Below are positions 50,059 through 62,499 of a stretch of DNA of 64,000 bases, one piece after another. How positions within the stretch are numbered: the stretch's first letter is position 1; every line of letters starts with the position of its first letter. The notes under the pieces were generated by a model. It searched no databases. It saw nothing but the letters and a program-made list of their open reading frames with translations, and had not been told where the DNA came from. The stretch spans positions 1,184,001 to 1,248,000 of the forward strand of contig CAWEMM010000006.1 of the NCBI GenBank assembly GCA_963810095.1, given 5' to 3'. Source of the stretch: an uncultured Chloroflexia bacterium (GTDB taxonomy: Bacteria > Chloroflexota > Anaerolineae > CG2-30-64-16). Both the position numbers and the translations under genes were made by a program.

Positions 50059-51772
50059 TTAATCTACCCAGAGCGGCACGATCTTGAACTGATCCACGTC
50101 GACCAGGCCCTGGTCGGTCAGCTTGAGGTGCGGGATGACCTCGAGCGCCAGGAAGCTCAGCGCCATGAACGGGTCGTGCAGGTCTGACCCCAGGCTGCGG
50201 GCGGCCGCGATGACCTCGTCGCACCCCCGGCGCACTTCCTGGATCGGTTTGTTCGACATCAGCCCGGCGACGGGCAGCGGCAGCCGCGCCAGGATGCGAA
50301 CGCCGTCTACAACCGCCAGCCCACCGCCCATGTCGGCCACCGCGCCGGCTGCCGTCGTAAGCGACACGTTGTCCACCCCGGCAACGGCAAGGTTGTGGTG
50401 GTCGTGTGCGATGGTCGAGGCGATGGCCCCGCGGCGGATTCCGAGGCCCTGGACGAACCCTTTGCCCATCTGCCCGCTCGCCATGTGCCGCTCGATCACG
50501 GCCATCTTCACGATGTCCTGCTCGTAATCCGGCGTTGCCACGCCCGACTGCGACGGGATTTCGAGGACGCGCTTGTCGGTAATCAGCTGGTTCGGGATCA
50601 CGCCGATCACGTTCGCCCGGCGGCCTTCCGCTGGGATGGTGAAGTTGACCGTGTGCCAGTTGATGTTCATCGAGCCGCGCAGATAGGACGGCCGCTCGGG
50701 CACGTCCAGCGGGCACGATCTTGCCCTCTTCGGCCGCGATCTGGCCGCCGCGGATGACCAGGCGGACGTTGAACTCTTCGGGTTCGTCAAACACGATCAG
50801 GTCCGCCCGGTTCCCCGGCCGGATGCCGCCCCGATCATACATCCGGAACCACTCCGCCGTGTTGAGGGTCGCCATCCGAATCGCCGTCACGAGGTCGACG
50901 CCCGACCGGATCGCGCAGCGTACGAGATAATCCACGCTCCCCTGATCCAGCAGGTCGCCGGGATGGCGGTCGTCGGTGCAGAAGCAGATGCGCCGGGCGT
51001 TGTCCGGCGTAATCATCGGGAGCAAGGTGGCAAGGTTGTGTGCGCCGGTGGCCTCGCGGATAAGGATGTACATGCCCAACCGCAGCTTCTCCAGCGCTTC
51101 CTCGACCGTCATACATTCGTGGTCCGAGCCGATGCCCGCAGCCACGTATGCGTTGAGGTCCTTGCCCGACAGCCCGGGTGCGTGGCCATCCAGCACACGC
51201 GTCCGAAACGCCTCGATCTTGTCCAGGGTGCCCTGGTCCTGGTTCACCACGCCCGGGTAGTTCATCATCTCGCCCAGGCCCAGCACCCACGGGTCGCCCT
51301 GCAGCGAGGCAATGTCCTTCGCCTCGAGATACGCGCCGGCGGTCGCCATGTGGGTGGCGGGGACGCAGGAAGGCACCATCACGAACATGCTCAAGCGGCC
51401 GTACTTCGCCTGGTCGAACATGTAGCGGATACCGTCCAGGCCCAGGACGTTGGTGATCTCGTGCGGATCGGCGACGACCGACGTGACCCCGCGCGGCACC
51501 ACTGCCGCGGCGAACTGGCGCACGCCGACCATCGCGCTCTCGATGTGCACGTGTCCGTCGATCAGGCCGGGGGCCAGGTAGCCGCCCTTCAGGTCGATTT
51601 CCTGCACGCCCGTGTACCCGCCGCCGATGCCGGCGATGCGGGCGTTGTAAATGGCGACGTCGGCCGGATAGATCTCGCCGGAATAGACGTTCACAAGCTT
51701 GGCATTACGAAGGACGATATCGGCCGGCGCCTCGCCGTGAGCGACGCGCACGAGATTACTGAGTTCTGCCAT
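50059..51772 (-). CDS. ade: Adenine deaminase (frameshift near 50715)
   Basis: PGLIDGHVHIES, ADPHEI, GEMMN, DGHAP, SDHE, CTDD, HDHHN, LEVIP.LK.TD.GL. Confidence 0.92.
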
Positions 51773-52087
51773 GGGCTCCTCCTGACGCAGCGTCACGCGA
51801 TTATATCACACCCACTTCACGGTTCACCCGCCCCACAAAGCCGGTTCTGCGCGAGCCCCTGCCTCGCAGCCCTCTGCCGGCCGCCGCCAAAAACAAATAC
51901 AGGCTCCGCCCTGGAATGCCGGTGAGGCCAGAAAACAAAACCCGGGGTGAATGGACGCGCTTAATCATTTGCCAACAGGCTAAGCTCACGCTACAATCTA
52001 CCGGCGCGACAGGGGCGTTGCGCTCCTCGCAACGCTTCGATCCGATACTCGGGAACACAACTATCCACATCTCTAGGAGGAGTCTCG

Positions 52088-53378
52088 ATGCGTAAGCAGT
52101 TCTGGAGCGTTCTCGCTCTGCTCTTGGTGATCTCCATGATCGCCTCTGCATGTGCCACGCCGGTCACGTCCCCCGCCTCGGGGACGGCGCCGACCGCGGC
52201 CCCCGCTCAATCCCAGCCTACCGCTGCAGCCGCAGCACCGACCGCCGCACCCGCTGCCCAGGGCGGCCTGCAGATCCCCGACGTGCAAGAGGGCAAGTTC
52301 AACGTCGGCGCAATCCTGATCGGCCCCCACGACGATGGCGGTTGGAGCCAGGCGCACTATGACGGCCTGACCTACCTCGAAAAGAACGTGCCGAACACGC
52401 ACGTCGCCTACGTCGAAAACGTGCCCGAGGGCGCAGAGGCCGAGCAGGCCATCCGCGCGCTGGCCCGCAAGGGTTTCAACCTGATCTTCACGACCTCCTT
52501 CGGCTTCATGGACCCGACCGCGGCCGTGGCCGAGGAGTTCCCCGACACGACCTTCATCCACGTGTCGGGCTACAAGACCAACAACAAGAACTTCGGCAAC
52601 CTGTTCGGCGCCATGGAAGACATGAAGTACCTGGCCGGCATGGTTGCAGGCTCGCGCGCCAAGACCGACGGGGTGACACAAGCTCGGCTATATCGCCACC
52701 TTCCCCATCCCCGAAGAACTGCGCCTGGGCAATGCCTTCGCGTTGGGCATGAAGAAGACCTGCCCCGACTGCACCATGGACGTGCGCTGGATCAACTCCT
52801 GGCACGATCCCGTCCTCGAGAAGGAAGCCGCGGCGTCCCTGTTCGATGCCGGCGCGCAGGTGGTCTTCACCGGCGCCGACACCCCGGCCCCGGCCGATGT
52901 TGCGCAGGCCAAGGGCAAGTGGGGCATCACCTATGACTGGGTCGGCTCCTGCAAGGTCGAGCGCTGCCTCACCACCATCTACTGGGACTGGGGCAAGATC
53001 TACTCCAAGGTCGCGCAGGGCGTGATCGACAAGACCTACAAGCCCGGCTTCGACTACTTCGACGCGGACAGCGGCGCCCTGGGCCTCTTCGGCTTCATGG
53101 AAGGCCAGCAGCCCACGAAGGGCATGCAGGATCTGCCCGCCGAAGACATTCAGATGGTCAAGGACACCCTGGCCAAGATGTTGAAGGGCGAGTTCACCCG
53201 CTTCGACGTCTTCTCGGGCCCGATCAAGGACAACAAGGGCAACATCGTGGTCCCGGCCGGCGAGAAGATGACTCAGAATGACCTCGACCAGTTCCCGCCC
53301 GGCGCCAAGGGCCTCGAGTGCAAGTACTGCATGTACTGGTGGGCCGACGGCGTCACCGCCGAACTGCCGAAGCAGTAA
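52088..53378 (+). CDS. BMP-family nucleoside/purine-binding lipoprotein (frameshift near 52680)
   Basis: Lipobox ASAC, Pro/Ala linker, DDGGWSQAH, TSFGF, YLAG, W.DP..E. Confidence 0.85.
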
Positions 53379-53391
53379 CCCTCACAAGCGA

Positions 53392-53426
53392 AAGAAACCG
53401 GGTTTCTGACAGAAACCCGGTTTCTT
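53392..53426. repeat. Intergenic palindrome after the BMP gene (REP-like or mRNA-stabilising hairpin)
   Basis: AAGAAACCGGGTTTCTG-A-CAGAAACCCGGTTTCTT. Confidence 0.7.
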
Positions 53427-53460
53427 AACCAGGTATTCGCACCAAAGATTGAGGTTCCCC

Positions 53461-55027
53461 ATGCCTGACACCCCATTGGCAGTCGAAATGCGGGGCATCG
53501 TCAAGCGCTTCCCAGGCGTCCTCGCAAACGATCACGTCGATTTTGACCTGTACGAGGGCGAAGTACATGCGCTGCTCGGCGAGAACGGCGCAGGCAAAAG
53601 CACGCTCATGAACGTGCTGGCCGGCATGTACAAGGCCGAGGAAGGCGAGACCCGGGTCTACGGCAAACGCGTCAACCTGAGCTCCCCGCGCGACGCGATC
53701 GCCGCGGGGATCGGCATGGTCCACCAGCACTTCATGCTCGTGCCGTCGCAGACCGTCACCGAGAACATCATCCTCGGCCTGTCGGAATCACGCTTCAGGC
53801 TTCCGATGGCCGAGCTCGACAAGAAGGTGCTGGGCCTGCAGGAGCAGTACGGTCTCAAGGTGGACCCGAAGGCCAAAATCTGGCAGCTTTCCGTCGGCGA
53901 GCAGCAGCGCGTGGAAGTCCTCAAGATGCTCTACCGCGGCGCCAAAGTCCTCATCATGGACGAGCCGACCGCCGTGCTCACCCCACAGGAAGTCGACGAG
54001 TTGTTCGTCACCCTGCGGGCGATGCTGCAGCGCGGCCACTCCATCGTCTTTATCAGCCACAAGCTCGACGAGGTGCGCGCCATCGCCAACCGGGTGACCG
54101 TCCTGCGCCGCGGGCGTTGTGACGGCGGCGGGGGTCACCGCCAAGGGTGCGACCAAGGCTGCAGCTGGCCCAGTTGATGGTCGGCCGCGAGGTCGTCTTC
54201 ACGGTCAAAAAGAAGCCGGCCCAGCCGGGCGACGTCGTGCTCGACCTGCAAGGGCTGTGCGCCGAGAACGATCGCGGCGTGCCGGCGTTGCGCAACTTCA
54301 ACCTGACCGTGCGGGCAGGCGAGATCGTCGGCCTCGCCGGCGTGGCGGGCAACGGACAGAGCGAGCTGGCGCAGGTCGATCACCGGGCTCCGCCTACTGA
54401 CCGCCGGGAAGGTGCACGGTCAACGGCGAGGACCTGACGAACAAGCCGCCGCGGGCCGCGATCCAGCGGCACGTCGCGCACATCCCCGAGGACCGTAACG
54501 GCGTGGGCTCCTCGCCCGGCCTCAGCCTGGCCGAAAACCTGATCATGAAGAACTACCGGTCCGCGCCGATCTCCACCGGCTGGGCGCTCAATCGCAACGG
54601 TGATCCGCAAGCAGGCGACCGAGATCCGCAAGAGCTACGACATTGCCGCGCCCGAACATCGACGTACAGGCCCGTCTGCTGTCGGGCGGCAACCTCCAGA
54701 AGGCCATCCTCGCCCGCGAAATCGGCACGCAGCCGAAGCTCATCATCGCGTGCCAGCCCACCCGCGGCCTGGACGTGGGCGCCATCGAGGCCGTCCATCG
54801 CCACTTGCTCGACGAACGCGAGCAGCGGCACCGCCATCCTGCTCATCTCCGAGGAACTCGACGAGGTCATGTCGCTGGCAGACCGCATCGTCGGCATCTA
54901 CGAGGGGCAGAACATGGGCGAGCTGAGCGCCGAAGAAGCGACGCTCGGCGAGATCGGCCTGATGATGGCGGGCACGCGCCCGGCAGCGAATCTCAGCACG
55001 GCAGGAGCGAACCATGGCAGCAAGTGA
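53461..55027 (+). CDS. Nucleoside ABC transporter ATPase (several frameshifts)
   Basis: GENGAGKST, MVHQHF, LSVGEQQRVE, GVAGNGQ, LSGGNLQK, QPTRGLDVGA. Confidence 0.85.
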
Positions 55028-56138
55028 GAGCATCCAGGAAGGCGGAGGATTCCACCTGCCGTTCAGCCTCCGCATGGAGCGCCGCCTCGGCACGCCGAAA
55101 TGGCTGCCCGCGGCGACCTCGGTCGGCGCGGTGATCGTCGCGCTGATCATCGGCGGCGTCGTCATCCAGCTCGCGCGGCGGCCAGGCGCTCGCCTCGTAC
55201 GCGCACATCGGCAAGGCTGCGTTCGGCAGCGTCGGGCAGTTCAACGACACGCTCGTCCGGGCCACGCCGCTGATCCTGGTCGGCCTGGCCTGCGCCTCGC
55301 CTTCCGCATGCGCCTGTGGAACATCGGCGCCGAGGGGCAGTTCTTCCTGGGCGCCTGGGGCGCGAGCGCCATCGTCCTGACCCCGGTGCTCTCCGACTCG
55401 GCACCCCGAGTGGCTGATGCTGCGGCACGATGGCGCTGGCAGGTTTCGCGTGCGGCGCGGCGTGGGCCTTCATCCCGGGCTACCTCAAGGCGAAGCTCAA
55501 CGTCAACGAAATCATCACGACGCTGATGCTGAACTACATCGCCACGTCGTGGGTGCTCTTCTGGGTGTTCGGCGCGTGGAGCGAATCCGGGTTCCAGATG
55601 TCGCCGACGTTCCCCAAGAACGCCTGGCTGCCGCGGCTCCTCGACTACGCCAAGTCGTTCAAAGGCTTCGGCGGCCTGACGCTGCACGGCGGCATCCTGT
55701 TCGGGCTGATCGCCGCGGTGATCGTCTACTTCATCATCTACCGCAGCAAGTTGGGCTACGAACTCCGGCTGATCGGCGACAACCCGCGGGCGGCCAAGTA
55801 TGCGGGCGTGAACCTCGTGCGCAACACGGTGCTGACGATGATGCTCTCGGGCGGGCTCGCGGGCCTCGCGGGCATGTCCGAAGTGACGGGCGTCGGTGCA
55901 CCGCCTGCAGGGCGCCATCTCGCCGGGCTATGGATTTACCGGCATCATCATCGCATGGCTGGCGAAGCTGAATCCGTTCGGCGTCGTCCTCGTCTCGATC
56001 CTCTTCGGCGGCCTGATCCAGGCCGGCCGCGAGATCCAGCCCTCGGGCGTGCCCCGCATGCTCCAGGGCATCATCCTGTTCTGCGTGATCGCCAGCGACG
56101 TGCTGCTGCGCTATCGTGTCCGCGTCGTGAGGAGGTAG
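55014..56138 (+). CDS. Nucleoside ABC transporter permease (frameshifted)
   Basis: WNIGAEGQF, VNEIITTLMLNYI, GYELR.IG.N..AA.YAG, GYGFTGIIIA. Confidence 0.82.
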
Positions 56139-56143
56139 GCACC

Positions 56144-57118
56144 ATGCTTGACTGGACTATCATCCTCCAGGCCGGCATTGCGTCCGGCACCGTCCTCCTG
56201 TTCGCGGCCCTCGGCGAAATCCTGGCAGAGCGGTCCGGCGTGCTCAACCTGGGCCTCGAAGGCATGATGCTGTTGGGCGCCATGTTCGCGTTCAAGATGG
56301 CGGTTGCCACCGGCAATCCCTGGCTCGGGCTGCTGGTCGCCGCGATCGCAGCGGGCCTGCTGGCGCTGCTGCACGCGATCGTGACCGTCAACTTCCAGGC
56401 CGACCAGGTGGTCAGCGGTCTGGCGGTCAACTTCGTCGGCGTCGGGCTTGGCCATGGTGCTGGGCGAAGGGCTTGAGCAAGGCGGGCGCGGTCTCCGTGC
56501 TGCCCGTCATCACCCTCCCCGTCCTCTCGCAGATCCCGGTGCTCGGCCCGATCCTCTTCACCAACCACAGCCCGCTCGTCTATGTCGGGTACCTCCTGAC
56601 GCCAGCCATCGCGTTCTACGTGAACCGCACCCGGCAGGGCCTGCACCTGCGGGCGGTCGGCGAATATCCCGCCGCGGCGGATGCGCTGGGCATCAACGTT
56701 GCGCGCACTCGCTACATCTACGTCATCGTCGGCGGCATGATGGCCGGCATCGCCGGCGCAAACATCTCGCTTGGCCGTCTCCCCCGGCTGGTTCAGCGAG
56801 TTGACCACGGGCGGCCAGGGCTGGATCGCGGTCGGCCTGGTCATCTTCGCCCAGTGGAACCCGTGGCGGGCGCCGCGGGCGCGTACATGTTCGGCGCGCT
56901 GCGCCGCCTGATCCTCGACCTGCAGGCTCCGCACGATGCTGTTCGGCTTCGCCAACCCGATCTACTACATGCCGAAGCTGAGCTTCTTCCTGCAGATGCT
57001 GCCCTATGCGCTGGTGATCGTCATCCTGGTCATCGGCTCGCGGGAGGCCATGAAGAAGCGCATCGGCGCACCCGCTGCGCTCGGGTTACCGTACGTGCGT
57101 GGGGAGCGCGGGTTGTAG
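56144..57118 (+). CDS. Nucleoside ABC transporter permease (frameshifted)
   Basis: ERSGVLNLGLEGMM, DQVVSG, RAVGE.P.AA, MLPY, PAALGLPY.R. Confidence 0.82.
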
Positions 57119-57196
57119 CGCAGGGAAACAGTCAGTTCCCATGGTCACGTGCCGGGTACTTTCGAAGCGCCCGGCACGTTCGCGTTTGGTCCGCTT

Positions 57197-60100
57197 TCAG
57201 ACCCCCCGCCAGTAATCCAGCCCCGTCGGGCTGCGGCTCGCCCCCAGCTCGCGCAGCAGCGCCTCGCCCGGGCTGCCGATCACCGGCGCGTCGTTCCAGG
57301 ACTTGATTTCCGCCCGCCGCGGCGCGCCCGGCCGGTTCAGGTAGGCTTCCAGCGCTCGCTTCAGCACGTCGACACTCACCTCCGCGGTGCTCAGCCGGGT
57401 GCCGTTGTCCTCGCCCACCAGGGCCGGCGCGCCCCGGTACACGACAAGGTGCGTCGAGGCAACGCGGGCGAAACGAAACGCCGGAGACGGCGCAGCAGGG
57501 GCTCCCGGCCCTTGCCCGGCCTCTGTTCCCTCTGCGACCTCCGTGGCCAGCACCCCCAGGTCCCCGCCGTACAGGTTTGCCGGGTCGAGCGCCGACAACA
57601 GGGTGAGCTGTCGCTGGTGTCCAACCCGCTGCGGGCCCCCCGCAGCGACTCCACGGCCTGCGGCAGCGCGTACTGCACGCCCGACAACCCCTTGACGAAG
57701 TAGCCCCGCCGCACCTCGCCCCGCAGCTCCATCCGCCCCAGCTGCTCCGACAACTCGCCCCAGTTCCACGCCACCTCGCGCGGCCCGTGCAATTCGCGCA
57801 GTGCGTGCTGCGCCTGTGGCTCGTGCCGCCCCTCCCAGAGTCGCGCGCACCGGCGGCTCGGCCGCCGCCTCTTCCGCCCAGCGTCCAGCGCGACTCGAAG
57901 CGGGCGACGATCTCGGGGGTGATGAGGCCGTAGCGTTCGAGCGCGATCTGCACGAAGGCCGCAGCAGCCTCGTCGCTGCGCCGGGCCGGCCCCATGATTG
58001 CCGCCCGGTTCACCAGCGACCACCGCCCACTCCAGCCGTGCTCTGACTGGGCTTCCGCCGCCAGCGCTGCGTGACCAGGCGCTTTTGCTCGCGCATCCGC
58101 TGAGGTGAGGGCCGCGCCGCCGCCGCGCGCCGCCCCATCGGCCGCGGCGGCAGGCGCTGCGCCAGGTCCTCCTCGCAGGCTGCTTGCGGGCCTTGGACCT
58201 GGCGCCTCCTCTCGGGCGGCCAGCACCGCGGCCAGCGCGCTCAGGTCTTCCCCGGTCACCAGGCCGGCCAGCGCCAGCTGGCGCAGGGCCTCGCGCAAGC
58301 CGGCCGCGCTCAGGCCGGCGCCTCCCTGGATGTCGGCAAAGAACGACGGGCCTTCGGACTTCAGATAGGCGAAAACCTCTGCCGCCGGCCCATCGTCGAA
58401 ACCGCCGGGCACGGGTCCGCCAGGAAAAGCGCCCCTTCCCGCCGGGCGACGAAACGCAGGTTCGGGCGGCCCTTCGACCCCGCCCGCGACCCACGCCAAG
58501 TCACCCTTCCGCACCGGGTCGTCAAGGTCGCGCCACGGCTGGCTGATCCCGCGCGCCGGCAGCACCTCGCGCTCCCAGGCGGCGGCCGGCAGCGCCAGCC
58601 CGCGCATCTGGTGCAAGGTCTCGGCCGGCCCGCTGCGTCCGGATGCCGCGCCCGGCCCCACCTGCTGCCAGCCCAGCAGGAACGCCTGGTAGGCCGGCAG
58701 GGGGACCGGCTCCACCTCCCGGCGCAGCAGGTTGAGCGTGCGCCGGTAGACCTGCTCGAAGAGTTGGCGGTCGCAGTACTCGAGCTCCGGACCGCCCGGC
58801 CAGGAAGTGGCCCTGCACGATGGCGCCGCTCGGCGAGGAGTTCGCCCAGGCGTCGCGTCGAGCCAGGCCGGGTCGAAGGCATAGCGGTCGAGGATGGCGG
58901 CAGCGCGTCACCGGCCCCGCCCAGCGCAGCTAGCGGGTAAGGATGCGTGTCGCCGCGTCGTTAACCGTCGAGCGTCCTTCGTCGGGTCCACGCCCTTCGG
59001 TCATTCCGCTCGGGATGCTCGCTGGCTCACCGTCAACGCTCTCCCCGAGAAGGGCGCGGTACTCCTGTGCATACTCCGCGGGGATCCAGCGCGGCACCGG
59101 GCCGCGGGCCGTGGGAATCGGCGAGCGACCGGATCGTGCCCCGGCGCGCCAGCTCGTCGAGCCAGGGGGCGGGGTCGGCAGTGCTGCGCTCCGCAATCTC
59201 GCCGTCGCTCAGGTCGCCGAGCTCGAGCAGGAAGACGCTCAGTTCCTCAGCCGTGCGCACCTTGCGCAGCTCAGACGTGTGCGCCGCGCTGCCCACGACC
59301 GCCTCCACGGCCTCGGGCTTGAGCGGCAGTCGCCCCGATCCCGATCCTTCCAGCAGGTCGTCGACCAGCTCGCGGCGCATGGCCAGCGACTGCAGCTGCT
59401 GCTCGGCCTTCGGCGTGTCCCACTCGTACATGTAGGTGCTGATGAACTTGTAAGCAGGCCGGACGCCAGCGGCGATGGGACACGCGTGTGAACGGGCAGC
59501 ACCTTGACCCGGCCCTCTTCGATCGCGGTCAGCAGGCCGTCCAGGTGCCCCAGGTCCATCACGTCGCGCAGGCAGTCCCGATAGGTCTCGGCCATGATCG
59601 GGAAGTCGGGCACGTTGCGGACGGTGGCCAGCAGGTCGCGGGCCTTCATCCGCTGCAGCCAGAATGGGGTGCGCTTGCGGCCGCGCGACCGCGGCAGCAG
59701 CAGCGCCCGGCCCGCGTTGACGCGGAAGCGCGCGCCGAACACGGCCGAGTTGGGCAGCTCGCGCAGGATGCGCTGCCGCGCCTCGCGCACCGGCATCCCG
59801 CCGACCACGTCCGGCAGCGACGGAGAGGTCGGCGCCGGCAAACGCGGCCTCCCGTGGGACGCCGGTCGCCAGGTTGCCCTGGTCCTGCGCGCCGAGCACG
59901 ACGCCGGGCAGGCGCAGGAGGATGCCGTCGTCGCTGACCATGCTCTCGATCTCGATGCCCGTGCGCTCCTTGAGCGCGTCGACCAGCGCCAGCGCCCACG
60001 CGCCGTTGATGCGGCCCCCGAACGGCGAATGGACCACCACCCGGCGCCTCGCCGACGGCGTCGAAGAAGGTCTCGACGATGATCGTCTCGTCCGAAGAGA

Positions 60101-62414
60101 TGGCGCCCGAGCGCGTCGACCTGGCTTTTGACGTAATCGTACAGGGCGCGGGCGGAGTTGAGATCGAGCGCGTAGTCGCGCTGGAGGTCGGCGACGACGT
60201 CGTCCCGGTCTCGCCGGGACGGGCGGCAATCTGGTCGGCGACCCGGCGGCGCAGCACGCCGATGCGTTCCCCAAGCTCGTACGACCGCCAGGGATAGTCG
60301 CCCTTCCAGAAGGGCATGCGCGGCAGCTGCCCGGCCGCGTCGCCCACGATGACCCGGTCGTCCTCCAGCGCCTCGACGCGCCACACGCTCGACCCGAGCA
60401 TGAACACGTCGCCGGGCCGCGTCTCGAAGATAAACTCCTCGTCGAGCGTGCCCACCCGCGTCTTGCCGTCGGCCAGGTAGACGTCGTAAGCGCCGGTGTC
60501 GGGGATGGTGCCCGGGTTGTTGAGCGCCAGCAGCCGGGTGCCGGGCAAGGCGGCCAGCCGGTTGTTCGTGCGGTCCCAGGCGATGCGCGCTTGAAGCGAG
60601 GCGTGGCCGGGGCCGGGCACATTCTGGAAGCGGCCCGAGACCATGCCGAGAACCTGCTCCCACGCGGTGCGCGACAGGTCACGGTAGGGAGTAGGCGCGG
60701 CGGACGAGCGCAAAGAGTGCGTCCGCGTCCCACTCGTCCACCGCCACGGCCGCAATCACCTGCTGGCTGAGGACGTCGAGCGCGTTAGCGGGCGTCTGGT
60801 CTCCTCCACCGCGCCGTCCAGCATCCCACGCACGACGGCCGCCGCCTCCACCAGGTCCTCGCGGTGCGTCGCGTAGATGCGGCCCTTGCTCGTCTGCCCC
60901 ACGAGGTGGCCCGAGCGCCCGACCCGCTGCAGGCCCTGCGCCACGCTGCGCGGCGCCTGGAGCTGCACGACCAGGTCGACCGCGCCGATGTCGATGCCGA
61001 GTTCGAGCGTGCCGGTCGAGACGAGCGCGGGCAGCTTGCCCGCCTTGAGCGCCTCCTCCATCTCGCGCCGCGACTCCTTCGACATGCTGCCGTGGTGCGC
61101 CTTGATCGGGCCCTCTGCGCCGAGCGCAAAGAGGCCCTTGTCGCGCATCACGCCGCCCGGCGCCAGCACCTCGGTCGAGCCCGGCTCCACCTCCTCCGAG
61201 CGCTCGGCCGCAATCTGCGCGTTGAGCCGGTCGGCCGTGCGCTCGGCCAGCCGGCGGTTGTTGGCGAAGATCAGCGTGGTGCGGTGCCGCATGACGTCGC
61301 CCAGCACCTGGGGAATCACCGACGGCCAGATCGAATCTCCCGGCATGTCACTGAAATCCTCGACCGGCATGACGACCTTCAGGTCAAGCGCCTTCTTATA
61401 GCCCGTGTCGACGATGGTGACAGGGCGCGGCGCCATGCCGCCGCGGGGCGCACCTGCAGGGGCGGGCGTCCTTCGACTGCTTCGCTGCCGGCAGAGGGCG
61501 GGCCTCCTTCGACTGCGCTCGCGCCCGCAGGTGCGGCGCTCGTTGCAGCGGCGCTGTTTGCAGCGGCGCTGTTTGCAGCGGTGCTCGCTCCGCTCAGGAT
61601 GCCCTGCGTATGCGGCTCTTCGGCAGCAGTCGAAGCATCCTGAGCGGAGGGGCTGCCCGCAGGCAGCACCGCAGTCGAAGGATGCGCCCCGGTTGCCTCT
61701 TCCTCCTGCCCGCCCAGGAAGCGCGCCGCCTCTTCCAGCGGCCGGACCGTCGCGGACAGCCCGATGCGCTGGATGCGATGTCCCGCGAAGTGCTCCAGGC
61801 GCTCCAGGCTGAGCGCCAGGTGGACCCCGCGTTTCTCGCCCACGAGCGTGTGGATTTCGTCGACGATGACCGACCGGACGGTCTTGCAGCATGTCGCGGG
61901 CGCGCGGGCTGGTCAGGATCAGATACAGGGACTCGGGGGTCGTGATCAGGATGTGGGGGGGCAGGCGAACCATGGACTGGCGGGCGCCGGCCGGCGTGTC
62001 GCCCGTGCGCACCGCGACCCTCAGCGGCGGCAAGGGGTCCTTGCCCTCCTTGCCATAGCCCAGCCGCTCGGCTTCGGCGCGGATGCCGGCCAGCGGCGCG
62101 CGCAGGTTGCGCTCGATGTCGTTGTTCAGTGCCTTCAGTGGCGAGATGTAGAGCAAGCGCACGCCCTGGTTGCGGGCGCCGTCCTCGGCCGCCAACTCCC
62201 GGTAGATCTCGTCGATCCCCCACAAGAATGCGGTGAGCGTCTTGCCGGAGCCCGTCGGCGCCAGGATGAGCGTGTTATCGCCCCGGGCGATCGCGGGCCA
62301 GCCCTGCGCCTGCGGCGGGGTCGGCCGGCCCAGCGCGCGCTCGAACCAGGCACGCACGGGCGGCGAAAAGAAGGCCAGCGACGAGTCACCGTTCGCGGCA
62401 TTGCTCATGGGCAC
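57197..62414 (-). CDS. lhr: Lhr-family SF2 DNA helicase, long form with C-terminal domains (multiple frameshifts)
   Basis: [85 protein letters not shown]. Confidence 0.85.
61469..61685. repeat. Family C REP cluster inside lhr
   Basis: TCCTTCGACTGC (x2)...CTCCGCTCAGGATGC and GCATCCTGAGCGGAG...CGCAGTCGAAGGATGC, matching 25531-25642; includes a 15-nt tandem repeat (TTGCAGCGGCGCTGT, about three copies). Confidence 0.75.
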
Positions 62415-62499
62415 ACACTCACTATCTCAGGGGTCAACAGCGTCCCCATCGTAGCACATGGGTGCTAAGTGGTCAAGCATTTTCTTCGCAGTTAGCCCC

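Noticed and set aside
51773-52087. Purine riboswitch upstream of ade or the BMP gene
   Set aside because: Conserved core motifs were not found on either strand.
143-62414. Widespread frameshifts read as pseudogenes or programmed frameshifting
   Set aside because: Single-base indels are scattered through many unrelated genes whose motifs are otherwise intact; I noticed no in-frame stops or slippery motifs. Long-read error is the simplest explanation, though read data are needed to confirm.
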